Origin: a bacterium
GTDB taxonomy: Bacteria > JADJOY01
Direction: 5' to 3'
Assembly (NCBI GenBank): GCA_046331705.1
Contig: JAXLQJ010000003.1
Coordinates: 186,001-214,896, forward strand
DNA length: 28,896 nucleotides
The notes under the pieces were generated by a model. That model was not told the DNA's origin and did no database searches. It worked only from the letters and a program-made list of their open reading frames with translations. Below are positions 1 through 9,269 of this stretch, one piece after another (the first letter of the stretch is position 1; each line of letters opens with the position of its first letter). A program made the position numbers and the translations under genes.

Positions 1-1
1 T

Positions 2-3000
2 CCGCCGCTCGTCCAGGACGTCTTCATCCCCAGCGACGACGACGGCACGGCGACACCATCCGACGCGATCCTGCGTCCGCGCGCGCCCGCCAAGGACATC
101 AACGGACAGATCTGCCTGCTCCACGACGGCAGCGCGTTCGTCGCCGGCGAGGACACCCATCAGCAGCACCCGCCGGCGGGCTGGGGGATCTTCGACCGCA
201 CGGGCACGCAGATCGGCAAGCTCTCCGCCACCTACTACGTCGAGGGGCCCGAGCCATTCGGATGCGTGGTCGATGCCGATGGCCGCCTCTTCACCACCGA
301 GGTCGGCAACCAATCGTTCGGGCACCCGCAGGGACAAGTCATCCTCTGGTTCCCGCCCTTCGACGGGTTTCCCGGTCCCGCAGGCGCCTACCCGAACACC
401 GACGAGCGCAGCTCGAACTACTGCAAGCTCGCGACCGACCTGAGCACCGCCTCCAATCTGGCGGTGGACGAGCAAGGCCGCATCTACGTGACCGAAGCGG
501 GTGCGTTCACCGTGCGTCGCTACTCGCCGCCCTTCCCCACCTCGCCCGACGCCGCTGGCGGCTGCGGCAAGCGCGACGCGCTCGGCTCACCGCTCGCCGA
601 CGAAGTCCACGAGGAGACGTTCATTCGCGATCCCGGCCACCTGCTGACTCCCGCGGGCCTGGCTCGGGCACCCAACGGCAACTGGTACGTGTCGAGCGTG
701 TTCACGGGAGTGATCGCCGAGTACGACCGCGATGGGCAGTTCGTGCGCGACATCCTCAACCCTGGCCCGCTCGCGATCCTGAACCTGCCGATCGCGACCG
801 GCCACCCCAACGGGCTGGCGGTCGATTCCCAGGGCGACCTCTACTACGCCGACATCCGGCTCGCGATCACCGCCGGCGGCATCGACCAGCAATCGGGTGG
901 CGGCAAGATCTGGCGGATCGGCTTCGTCGACGGCGAGCCCCAACCACCGCAGCTCCTGCGTGAGGGTCTCGACTTTCCGGATGCCGTCTCCATCCTGCCC
1001 GGCGACCTGGAAGACACCGCCGCCGATTGGCCGACGCTCTCGGGCGGACCGCGGCGGCTCTTCTTCAACGACTTCGACGACACCTGGAGCGCGAACGCCA
1101 TCCTCGACGAGCGCGGCGGCTCGCGGGTGCGTGAGGCGTGGGAGCATCCCACGGGCGCGATCGTGACCAACTCGCCCTCGATCGCGCGTATCGCGCTTCC
1201 CGAGGAAGGCGTCGTGCCCGTGGTGTTCCAATCCTCGTGGGACGGCAACGTGTACGCGTTGCGACTCGCCGATGGCCGCGAGCTCTGGCGTTTCACCACC
1301 GAGCCACAGCCCGGCGCCACCTTCCCGTCCGCGGGGTCGGCGCACGTGGAGAACGTCGACGGCGAGACGCGGGTGTTCGTGGCGGGGGGTGAGACGATGT
1401 ACGCCCTCGACGCCGTGACCGGCGCGGAGCGGTGGCGCTTCCACGCCGGAACCGGCTGCCTGGGCGTCGCCGGCTGCGGTTTCGACAGCGAGCGGAACGA
1501 GATCGAATCCACGCCCGCGTTCGCCGAGGGCAAGGTCTTCTTCGGCATGGACGTGAACACCGACCCCCTCGGCAAGGGTGGGCTCTACGCGCTCGACGCG
1601 CGCGATGGCCGGCTCGCTTGGTTCTTCGACCTGGAGAGCGGCCAGACCTGCCGTCCCAACGCCGACGACACGATCCGCGCCTTCGACGGCTACCACAGCG
1701 AGGCCGAGCTGGGGCTGCCCGCGGGCTTCCTCGCCACCCGCGCGGGCTGCGATTTCCCTCGCAACAGGACGGGGTGCGAGGGGATCTGGTCGTCGGCCGC
1801 CGTGGACCTCGAGCGGCGCGCTCTCTTCACCGCCTCGACCAACTGCTACACCGACGACGATCCGACGACGTCGATTCCATCGCCGCCCATGCCTCCGTAC
1901 GACGAGGCGCTCTTCGCCATCGACCTCGACGGCAACCCGCTGTGGCGCTGGCGCCCGCGAGAGGTCGATCCGAGCGACCTGGCGTTCGGCGCCGTGCCCA
2001 ACCTCTTCAGCATCGACGTCGCCGGCACCCGGCGCGAGGTGGTGGGCATCGGCAACAAGGACGGCACCTACTACGTCCTCGACCGCGACGGCGTGAACGC
2101 GGTCAACGGCGTCGCCTGGAACAGCGGCGATCCCGCGGCGCTGCCCTACTGGGCCACCAAGGTCGTGCCCGGCGGCGACAACGGCGGCATCATCGCCAGC
2201 GCCGCGGTGGACCCGGTGTCGCGGCGCGTGTACTTCAGCACTGCGCCTGGCGAGAACGGGGTCTCCGAGATCCAGCGGCCGACGATGCACGCGCTCGATC
2301 TCGACTCCGGTGCGATCGTCTGGGAGAACACCGGCGAGCCCGACGCCGACGCGAGCTTCGCCCCGGTGAGCGCGACCCGCGGGACGGTCTTCGCCGGCAC
2401 CAGCGTGCTCGCCGGGCTCCGGATCTACGACAGCGCGTCCGGCGAGCGCTTGGAGCGGGTCGAACTCGACAATCTGGGGGCCGCATCCGCGCCAGCCATC
2501 GTCGACGGTCGGCTGGTGGTGGGTGCCGGGCTGGGCGCGCGCGACGAGAATCCGCTCGAGCTGGGGGAGATCGCGTCGCGCACGCCGTCGCCGATCCGCG
2601 CCTTCTGCCTCGCCGGCACCCCGGGCTGCGCCGAGGGCTGCGACTCGGCGCTCGACCGCGACGGCGACTCGCGCGGCGACGCCTGCGATCGCTGTCCCGA
2701 TGCCTACGATCCGAGCCAGCGCGACGACGACGGTGACGGCGTCGGCAACGTCTGCGACACGACCTGCTCGGCTTTCGGCGAAGCGACGACGATCACGCGC
2801 CTCTCGCGCGCGTCGGTGTCGACCGGTGACGTCCTGACGATCACTGGAACGGGCTTCGGTCCGAGCGCGCGGGTGTGGTTCGGTGCCGTCGAGGGCGGCA
2901 TCGTGTCCGTCGCGCCGAGCGCGCTGCGCGTCACCGTTCCGGAGGTCTTCCACGCGGATCGCGTTGCGCTCCGCGTGGTCAACCCCGAAGGCTGCGCGTC

Positions 3001-3034
3001 CCAGGAACACCCACTCGTCGAGCTCGAACGCTGA
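2..3034 (+). CDS. 5'-truncated multidomain protein, probably secreted: NHL/SMP-30-like beta-propeller + PQQ-binding-like beta-propeller (PVA-dehydrogenase-like) + thrombospondin type-3 repeat + IPT/TIG domain
   Basis: The frame of ORF 266..3034 is open back to base 2 (PPLVQDVFIPSDDDG...), so the true start lies upstream of the window. NHL-like repeats (LAVDEQGRIYVT, PNGLAVDSQGDLYYAD); PQQ-propeller motifs (DWPTLSGG, YALRLADGRELWRF, YALDAVTGAERWRF, GIWSSAAVD, GNKDGTYYVLDR); TSP3 DRDGDSRGDACDRCP...DDDGDGVGNVCD; IPT GDVLTITGTGFG...VVNPEG. Confidence 0.85.
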   Translation, partial: PPLVQDVFIPSDDDGTATPSDAILRPRAPAKDINGQICLLHDGSAFVAGEDTHQQHPPAGWGIFDRTGTQIGKLSATYYVEGPEPFGCVVDADGRLFTTEVGNQSFGHPQGQVILWFPPFDGFPGPAGAYPNTDERSSNYCKLATDLSTASNLAVDEQGRIYVTEAGAFTVRRYSPPFPTSPDAAGGCGKRDALGSPLADEVHEETFIRDPGHLLTPAGLARAPNGNWYVSSVFTGVIAEYDRDGQFVRDILNPGPLAILNLPIATGHPNGLAVDSQGDLYYADIRLAITAGGIDQQSGGGKIWRIGFVDGEPQPPQLLREGLDFPDAVSILPGDLEDTAADWPTLSGGPRRLFFNDFDDTWSANAILDERGGSRVREAWEHPTGAIVTNSPSIARIALPEEGVVPVVFQSSWDGNVYALRLADGRELWRFTTEPQPGATFPSAGSAHVENVDGETRVFVAGGETMYALDAVTGAERWRFHAGTGCLGVAGCGFDSERNEIESTPAFAEGKVFFGMDVNTDPLGKGGLYALDARDGRLAWFFDLESGQTCRPNADDTIRAFDGYHSEAELGLPAGFLATRAGCDFPRNRTGCEGIWSSAAVDLERRALFTASTNCYTDDDPTTSIPSPPMPPYDEALFAIDLDGNPLWRWRPREVDPSDLAFGAVPNLFSIDVAGTRREVVGIGNKDGTYYVLDRDGVNAVNGVAWNSGDPAALPYWATKVVPGGDNGGIIASAAVDPVSRRVYFSTAPGENGVSEIQRPTMHALDLDSGAIVWENTGEPDADASFAPVSATRGTVFAGTSVLAGLRIYDSASGERLERVELDNLGAASAPAIVDGRLVVGAGLGARDENPLELGEIASRTPSPIRAFCLAGTPGCAEGCDSALDRDGDSRGDACDRCPDAYDPSQRDDDGDGVGNVCDTTCSAFGEATTITRLSRASVSTGDVLTITGTGFGPSARVWFGAVEGGIVSVAPSALRVTVPEVFHADRVALRVVNPEGCASQEHPLVELER

Positions 3035-3040
3035 CCCGAG

Positions 3041-5308
3041 CTACGCGAGCGCCTCGAGGCGCGCTGGAACGTGCTTGTGCCACGGCGTTCCCGCGAACGG
3101 GTCGCGATCCTCGCTGGCGGTGAGCTCGTTGGGCGCCACGCCCGCCAGCGCGCGTCGCCCGTCGGCGCTCGGAAAATCCACGCCGAGCCCGTTCGGCAGC
3201 GATACGTGCCCCGGCTGCATGGTGTCGGTGACCTCGACCGCGACCTCGACGCTCGCGCGCTTGGTGGTGAGCCGCGCCCGCGAGCCGGTGGCGAGACCGA
3301 GCCGCGCGGCATCCGCGGGGCTCACGCGCAGCGCTCCAGCCGCGTCTTCCTTACGCCAGCTCGGGTCGCGGAAGATCGTGTTCGCGGTGAACGCGCGCCG
3401 CTCACCCGCGGCGAGGACGAAGGGAAAGAGCGGGTCCGGGGCGGGCGGCTCGTCGCGCAGCCGATCCAGCTCCGCGAGCAGCTCGGGGATGACGAGCTCG
3501 AGCTTGCCGTGGGGCGTGCCGAGGCGCTTCCACGTGTCGGAGTGATCGTCGACGGAAAACACCACGCCCGAGGGGCTGGCGAGGATGGCCTCGAAGAGCT
3601 TCTCGCCGGGCTCGAAGCCCGCACCGGTGAATCCGGCGCGCGCCACCGATTCCGGGCTCTGCATGGCGAAGAGATGCGCCGCGCCCCAGAGCGCCGCGGC
3701 GGAGGCCGCCCCATCGGGCAGCGTGGGACCGAGGGTGCGGTAGAGCACCACCGGCACCAGGCGCGCGAGCTGCGGGTTGGTGGCGTTCCACGCGAAGAAG
3801 GCTTCGGTGAATGCCGCGCGACCCGATGCGAGCGCCTCGCGCAGCGGGGCGAGATCGGCCTCGGTGATCGCACCGAGCGCTTCCACCAGGCGCGCGTGGA
3901 TCTCGGGCTCGGGCAGCGGTCCGTCGGGCGCGGCGAGGATTGGCCGGCGCAGGTGGAAGTAGTTCTTCGGGAACTCGAAGTTGAAGAACGTGGCCTCCCA
4001 TTTCTCGTATTGCGTGGGCGCCGGCAGCACGTAGTGAGCGAGGCGTGCCGTCTCGGTCATCGCCACGTCGATCACGACCAGCGTGTCGAGCGCCGCGAGC
4101 GCCGCGCGCATGCGCTGGCTGTCCGCGAGCGAATGGGCGGGATTGCCGCTCTCGACGATCATGGCGCGGTAGCGCTTGGGATGATCCGTGAGGATCTCGT
4201 CGGCGATGACGTTGCAGGGCACCAACCCCGAGATGATGCGCGCACCGACGACCGGGCTCGGTCGAGTGCGCGAAGAGGCCGAGAAGAGCTTCCCCAGCGT
4301 CGAGAACGCGTTCTGGGTGCCGGGCTTGGCGAAGTGACCGGTGAGCGCCCAAACGAGCTTCTCGAGATAGCTCACGAGCGTCGAGTGGCGATTCATCTGG
4401 ACGCCGAGGTCCTCGGCGATGGAAACGCTCGACGCGCGCGCGATGCGCCGCGCGACGTCGCGTACCGTCGCTTCGGATATGCCGCTCAGCGCCGCGTACT
4501 CGGCGACGGGAACCGAGCGAAACCGCGCCAGCACTTCCTCGGTGCCGTTCGCGTGCTCCGCGAGCCAAGCGTGAGCGACCAAGTCTTCTTGAACGAGCAC
4601 GCCCACCAGCGCCGCGACCAGCCACGCGTCGGTACCGGGCCTCACCGCGAGGTGGATGTCCGCGAGCTCGGCGGTCTCGGTCCGCCGCGGGTCGATGACG
4701 ATCAGGGTGCGGTTGGGATCCTTCGCGATCTGACGCAGCGTGTGACGCGCCCGCGGGAGGCCGTGCGAATGCCACGGATTCTTGCCGAGGAAGATCGCGA
4801 CCTCGGCGTGCTCGAAGTCACCGCGTGCTCCGGCGCCCAGCATGAAGCCGTGCACCCAGAAATCACCGGTCTTCTCCTGCGCCAGCGCGCTCGAGCGGTA
4901 GCGCGAGCCGAGCGCCGCGAGGGTCGCGTTCGAGTACGCCCCGCCCAGATGGTTCCCCTGCCCGCCGCCGCCGTAATAGAAGATCGCTTCGCCGCCGTGG
5001 GTATCGCGCACGGCGGCGAGGCGCGCGGCCACCTCGCGGATCGCGACGTCCCAGTCGATCTCCTCGAACGTGCCGTCGGCACGGCGCCGGAGCGGGCGCG
5101 TGATGCGATCCGGCCCGTGCTGGTAATGATCGAGCCTGAGCGCCTTGTTGCAGGTGTAGCCCTGCGACGACGGGTGATTCCGGTCGCCACGAATGCGCGT
5201 CAGGTGACGGCCTCCTTCACCGCCAAGCTCGACCTGAATGCCGCAATTGCACTCGCAGAGAATGCAGGCCGTGGTCTTCCAGCCGGTCACCTGCGTGGTC
5301 TCGCTCAT
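3041..5308 (-). CDS. Molybdopterin-dependent oxidoreductase (DMSO reductase/MopB superfamily), probably cytoplasmic, with N-terminal [4Fe-4S] motif
   Basis: TACILCECNCG...YTCNK Fe-S motif; GKNPWHSHG, IVIDPRRTETAELADIHL, DVAMTETARLAHYVLPA; C-terminal MGD-binding domain (VSPADAARLGL, PGHVSLPNG). SD GAGGGA upstream. No Tat RR signal visible. Confidence 0.93.
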   Translation of the reverse strand: MSETTQVTGWKTTACILCECNCGIQVELGGEGGRHLTRIRGDRNHPSSQGYTCNKALRLDHYQHGPDRITRPLRRRADGTFEEIDWDVAIREVAARLAAVRDTHGGEAIFYYGGGGQGNHLGGAYSNATLAALGSRYRSSALAQEKTGDFWVHGFMLGAGARGDFEHAEVAIFLGKNPWHSHGLPRARHTLRQIAKDPNRTLIVIDPRRTETAELADIHLAVRPGTDAWLVAALVGVLVQEDLVAHAWLAEHANGTEEVLARFRSVPVAEYAALSGISEATVRDVARRIARASSVSIAEDLGVQMNRHSTLVSYLEKLVWALTGHFAKPGTQNAFSTLGKLFSASSRTRPSPVVGARIISGLVPCNVIADEILTDHPKRYRAMIVESGNPAHSLADSQRMRAALAALDTLVVIDVAMTETARLAHYVLPAPTQYEKWEATFFNFEFPKNYFHLRRPILAAPDGPLPEPEIHARLVEALGAITEADLAPLREALASGRAAFTEAFFAWNATNPQLARLVPVVLYRTLGPTLPDGAASAAALWGAAHLFAMQSPESVARAGFTGAGFEPGEKLFEAILASPSGVVFSVDDHSDTWKRLGTPHGKLELVIPELLAELDRLRDEPPAPDPLFPFVLAAGERRAFTANTIFRDPSWRKEDAAGALRVSPADAARLGLATGSRARLTTKRASVEVAVEVTDTMQPGHVSLPNGLGVDFPSADGRRALAGVAPNELTASEDRDPFAGTPWHKHVPARLEALA

Positions 5309-5456
5309 GATTCCCTCGCTCGACTCGGGACGTGGAACGTTGGCGCCTGCACGATCCTCCGCCGGTCTCGCCGGCGGACCGACGGGGTGGGCGGCGGCCT
5401 GCGTCGTCGCGGGCCATCACCCGCGAACGGCCTCGCTCACGACCCCGCGGCGAGTC

Positions 5457-5509
5457 CGTTCGTTAGTGAAACGAACGCTAGCATGGTGCGTTCGTTAGCG
5501 CAACGGACT
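5457..5509. promoter_or_regulatory. Two tandem palindromic operators overlapping divergent sigma70-type promoters (probable HxlR-regulator sites)
   Basis: CGTTCGTT-agtga-AACGAACG (5457-5477, perfect) and CGTTCGTT-agcgc-AACGgACt (5489-5509). Minus-strand TTGCGC(5503-5498)-N17-TAGCGT(5480-5475); plus-strand GTGCGT(5486-5491)-N17-TATGCT(5509-5514). Confidence 0.7.
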
Positions 5510-5556
5510 ATGCTCGCACCGAACGGCCACGCTCTTCCGGAAGGTGACGACGACCG

Positions 5557-6105
5557 ATGAAACGAACTTCCTTCGCCCGCTGGCCCTGCTCGATCGCGCG
5601 CACCGTCGACCTGCTCGGCGATTGGTGGACTCCGCTCGTCATGCGCGAGGCATTCTACGGAGTGACGCGCTTCGAGGATTGGCAGCGCAATCTCGGCATC
5701 GGACGCAACGTGCTCACCGAGCGGCTCAAGCGGCTGGTCGCCGAGCAGATGCTGGATCGGCAGCCGTACCAGTCCAACCCCGAGCGCTTCGAATACCGCT
5801 TGACCGAGAAAGGCCGCGACTTCTTCGGCGTGCTCATGGCGATGGTCCGGTGGGGCGATCGGTGGCTCGACGGCGAGCGCGGCGCCCCAGTCCGCGTCCG
5901 GCACCTCAACTGCGGGCAGCTCACCCACGCCGAGGTGGTGTGCGCGAGATGCGGCGAGCCGCTGCGGCACGGCGAGGTGCAAGGCGAGCTCGGCCCGGGA
6001 TTTCCTGCCAAGCTCGCCGAGCTGCCGCTCGTGCGGGCGCGGTTCGGGCGCCGCCGCGGCAAGAACAGCGCGCGGCGCGCGACGCCCGCGGAGGCGGCCT
6101 CGTGA
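5557..6105 (+). CDS. HxlR/DUF24-family winged-helix transcriptional regulator with N-terminal Cys and C-terminal H-x2-C...C-x2-C motif
   Basis: WPCSIARTVDLLGDWWTPLVMREAF..RF, LTERLKRL, YRLTEKGRDF, WGDRW, HLNCG...VCARCG. Confidence 0.92.
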   Translation: MKRTSFARWPCSIARTVDLLGDWWTPLVMREAFYGVTRFEDWQRNLGIGRNVLTERLKRLVAEQMLDRQPYQSNPERFEYRLTEKGRDFFGVLMAMVRWGDRWLDGERGAPVRVRHLNCGQLTHAEVVCARCGEPLRHGEVQGELGPGFPAKLAELPLVRARFGRRRGKNSARRATPAEAAS

Positions 6106-6230
6106 CGAACCCATCGACCCCCTCGAAGAAGCGCTTCGCCATCGCGGTGCTGATCGTGGTCGGCATGGTCGGCCTGGCGGCGGCCATCGCCACGGTCGTG
6201 GTGTTCGGCCTGCACCTGCCGCGGCATTGA
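6102..6230 (+). CDS. Small single-pass membrane protein (42 aa)
   Basis: GTG start overlaps the HxlR stop (GTGA), with GGAGG upstream. MTNPSTPSKKRFAIAVLIVVGMVGLAAAIATVVVFGLHLPRH is a basic patch followed by one hydrophobic helix; codons are GC3-rich. Confidence 0.6.
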   Translation: MTNPSTPSKKRFAIAVLIVVGMVGLAAAIATVVVFGLHLPRH

Positions 6231-6375
6231 CGGGAGCGAGATCCAGGTGCCGGCGGGATGCCACCGGCGCGGCGATCGCCGTGAAGCTGGCGGTGGAGCT
6301 CGCGCGATGGCGCGTCCGTCGCAGCGCGTTTAGGCTGTCGCGTTCGAACGCCCATTCGCCGAGGAGGTCGCCGCC

Positions 6376-7284
6376 ATGTCGTCCCACGCTTCGCCGCCCT
6401 CACCCGGCTCGGCCGCCCCGACTGGCGCCGCAAGCGACGCCGCGAGCCGCGCCGTCGTGAAGACCGTGCGCGGCCGCCCGACCAGCGACGGCGCCGGCGT
6501 GCGCCTCACGCGCGTGATCGGCGGCGGCGAGATCTCCGAGCTCGATCCGTTCCTGCTCCTCGACGAGTTCGGATCCGAGGACGCGACCGACTACATCGCC
6601 GGCTTCCCCGACCACCCCCACCGCGGCTTCGAGACCGTGACGTACATGCTCGATGGTCGCATGCGCCATCGCGACAACCAGGGGAACTCGGGACTGCTCG
6701 GTCCCGGCAGCGTGCAGTGGATGACCGCCGGACGAGGCATCGTCCACTCGGAGATGCCCGAGCAAGAGAACGGGCTGCTGTGGGGGTTCCAGCTCTGGGT
6801 GAACCTCCCCGCGAGCAGCAAGATGACCGCGCCGCGCTACCAGGACATCGCGCCCGAGCGCATCCCGCGCGTGGCGGTCGCGCCAGGTGTGTCGGTGCGC
6901 GTGGTGGCGGGCCGCTTCGGCGACGCCGTGGGGCCGGTGGAGAACGAAACCATCGGCGCGCTCTACCTCGACGTGGCGCTCGAGAGCGGCGCCTCGCTCG
7001 ACGTGCCCGTTCCCGTCGAGCACGCGGCCTTCGTCTATCCCTTCGTCGGCGCGGTGCGGATCGGCGAGACGACCGCCGCGGCCACGCTGCTCGAGCGCGG
7101 CACCCTCGGCGTGCTCGGCCCGGGCGCCACGGTGAGCGTCGCAGCGGCGAACGGCGCCGCCCGCGCCCTCCTGGTGGCCGGACGACCGCTGCGCGAGCCG
7201 GTGGCGCGCTACGGTCCGTTCGTGATGAACACGCAAGCCGAGATCCGCCAGGCGCTCGAGGACTTCCGCGCCGGCAGGCTCTGA
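6376..7284 (+). CDS. Pirin family protein (bicupin, Fe-binding)
   Basis: DPFLLLD, GFPDHPHRGFETVTY, QWMTAGRGIVHSEMP, QLWVNLP, YGPFVMNT; SD GAGGAGG. Confidence 0.96.
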   Translation: MSSHASPPSPGSAAPTGAASDAASRAVVKTVRGRPTSDGAGVRLTRVIGGGEISELDPFLLLDEFGSEDATDYIAGFPDHPHRGFETVTYMLDGRMRHRDNQGNSGLLGPGSVQWMTAGRGIVHSEMPEQENGLLWGFQLWVNLPASSKMTAPRYQDIAPERIPRVAVAPGVSVRVVAGRFGDAVGPVENETIGALYLDVALESGASLDVPVPVEHAAFVYPFVGAVRIGETTAAATLLERGTLGVLGPGATVSVAAANGAARALLVAGRPLREPVARYGPFVMNTQAEIRQALEDFRAGRL

Positions 7285-7325
7285 TTCCGCGCCACTCGCG
7301 TCACCGGTCGAATCGAGGACTCGCC

Positions 7326-8315
7326 ATGAAGATCGTGCTCTGCAAGGAACACGGACCTCCCGATCGACTGGTCGTCGAGGAGGTGGAGCCACCGCATTGC
7401 GACGCGTGGAGCGTGCGCATCGCGGTGCGCGCCGCGGGCCTCAACTTCCCCGACCTGCTCATCATCCGCGGCAAGTATCAGTTCCAGCCGCCCCTGCCGT
7501 TCGCGCCCGGGTCGGAGGTCGCGGGGATCGTGACGGAGGTGGGCAGCGAGGTGCGCGGCGTGAACGTCGGCGATCGCGTCCTCGCCATGCTCGGCTGGAA
7601 CGGCTTCGCCGAGGAGGTCGTCGCGCCGGGGGCGGCGTGCCTCGCGATCCCGCCGGAGATGGACTTCGACACCGCGGCCGGCTTCTCGATGACGTACGGC
7701 ACCAGCTACCACGCGCTGGTGCAGCGCGCCCGGCTGGCACCCGGCGAAACGCTGCTGGTGCTCGGCGCGAGCGGCGGTGTGGGCACCGCCGCCATCGACA
7801 TCGGGCGCGCCCTCGGCGCACGCGTGATCGCGGCGAGCGCCAGCGCCGAGAAGCTCGCGCGGCTGACGGCGCATTTCGGTCTCGAGCAGGTCGTCCAGAC
7901 CGGCACCGGCCGCCCGCTCAAGGAGCTCGTGGGCGAGCTCACCGGCGGAGATGGCGCCAACGTGATCTACGATCCCGTCGGCGGCGAGCTCTTCGAGGAA
8001 TCGCTGCGCGCCGTGGCGTGGGAGGGCCGGATCCTGGTGGTCGGCTTCACCTCCGGCACGATCCCCGCGGCCAAGGCCAACTTGCTCCTGCTCAAGGGCG
8101 CATCGGCGGTGGGGGTGTTCTGGGGCGCCTTCGCGCGCCGCGATCCCGTCACCAACGCGCGGAATTTCGAGCAGCTCTTCGCGTGGTACCGCGAGGGCAA
8201 GCTCGCTCCACTGCTCTCGCACCGCTTCCCGCTCGCGCAGGCCGCGCTGGCACTGCAAACGCTCGAACGTCGCGAGGTGATCGGCAAGGCGGTGCTGCAG
8301 GTGAGCCCGGCGTGA
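7326..8315 (+). CDS. NADPH:quinone oxidoreductase family (zeta-crystallin-like, Zn-independent MDR)
   Basis: Likely start MKIVLCKEHG at 7326 after GAGGA; AAGLNFPDLL..GKYQ..PPLPFAPGSEVAG, LGASGGVG, YDPVGG, VGFTSG, GVFWG. Confidence 0.93.
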   Translation: MKIVLCKEHGPPDRLVVEEVEPPHCDAWSVRIAVRAAGLNFPDLLIIRGKYQFQPPLPFAPGSEVAGIVTEVGSEVRGVNVGDRVLAMLGWNGFAEEVVAPGAACLAIPPEMDFDTAAGFSMTYGTSYHALVQRARLAPGETLLVLGASGGVGTAAIDIGRALGARVIAASASAEKLARLTAHFGLEQVVQTGTGRPLKELVGELTGGDGANVIYDPVGGELFEESLRAVAWEGRILVVGFTSGTIPAAKANLLLLKGASAVGVFWGAFARRDPVTNARNFEQLFAWYREGKLAPLLSHRFPLAQAALALQTLERREVIGKAVLQVSPA

Positions 8316-8354
8316 TCCGCCCGCGGCGTGCCACGCGCACCGACGGCGCGGGCG

Positions 8355-9269
8355 TCACGCCGCCGAGGAGAGGCCGCGCCGCGCGCTGCTCGTGAGCGTG
8401 GGCACCAGCGCGCGGGCCACGACCTCCAGCACCTCGGTGTCGGGGCGGACGAACAGCACGTCCGCCCGGCTCACCGCGTCCGCGTAGAGAACGCCCACCA
8501 CCCGCGCGCCCTCGAGGATCGGCACCGCGAGGACGGATCCGCTCGCCGACGACTCCTCGTCACCGCTGCCCACCAGCACCGAGACGCCGCCGGTGGCCGA
8601 GAGGCGGATCGCGTCCCAGCACCACTCGGGTTGCGTCTCGCGTGCGCCGCACTCGTCCGCGCTGGCCGTGGCGTCGGTCTCGAGCGCCCCGCTCGCACCC
8701 ACGCGCACCACCATCGTTCGATCGGCGCCCAGCAGCCCGAGGACTCCGAGCAGCGCCTGCTTGAACACCAGGCTGCGATGGCGTCCCGAGCGGATGGCGT
8801 CCTTGAGCGACGCCGCGAGCCGCGTGACGCGCATGGCGCGACGATCGATCTCCGCGTCCAGGTCCACGACGTTGCCGCCGCCGGCCGCGCCCGCTCCGCG
8901 CGCCGACGGAATCGTCGACAACCGGACCTCGTTCCGCACGTTCTTGCCCGCCAGCACCGCGTCGCGCGCACCGCGCTCGTCCGGCACGACCTCGAGCACC
9001 GTGCCGCCCACGCGGATCTGCTCGCCGACCGCGAGCACGTGCTCCTCGAGGCCGAGCAGCGCGGTGCCCACGAAGGTGCCGTTGTGGCTCTTGAGATCGG
9101 TGATCACGTGACTGGATCCGTTCCAGCGGATCAGCGCGTGACGGCGCGACACCTCGCCGTCCACCACTTGGATCGCGTTCTGGGGATCGCGCCCGAGCGT
9201 CAGCACGCGGGTGCCGAGGCGATAGGTCGTCCCGGCCTGCGCCCCTTGTCGAACCAACAAGCTCAGCAT
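8355..9269 (-). CDS. FHA domain + GAF-like domain protein with no output domain
   Basis: Start MLSLLVRQG at 9269 after GAGGAGG, overlapping the kinase stop. FHA motifs LGRDP, VSRRHA, DLKSHNGTFV; GAF-like SVLAVPI..VVGVLYAD..F...DTEVL. Confidence 0.85.
   Translation of the reverse strand: MLSLLVRQGAQAGTTYRLGTRVLTLGRDPQNAIQVVDGEVSRRHALIRWNGSSHVITDLKSHNGTFVGTALLGLEEHVLAVGEQIRVGGTVLEVVPDERGARDAVLAGKNVRNEVRLSTIPSARGAGAAGGGNVVDLDAEIDRRAMRVTRLAASLKDAIRSGRHRSLVFKQALLGVLGLLGADRTMVVRVGASGALETDATASADECGARETQPEWCWDAIRLSATGGVSVLVGSGDEESSASGSVLAVPILEGARVVGVLYADAVSRADVLFVRPDTEVLEVVARALVPTLTSSARRGLSSAA

Noticed and set aside
5309-5456. Structured 5' leader of the Mo enzyme as a Moco/Wco riboswitch
   Set aside because: GC hairpins are present, but I cannot see the conserved Moco-RNA sequence elements. 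An Rfam scan would settle it.
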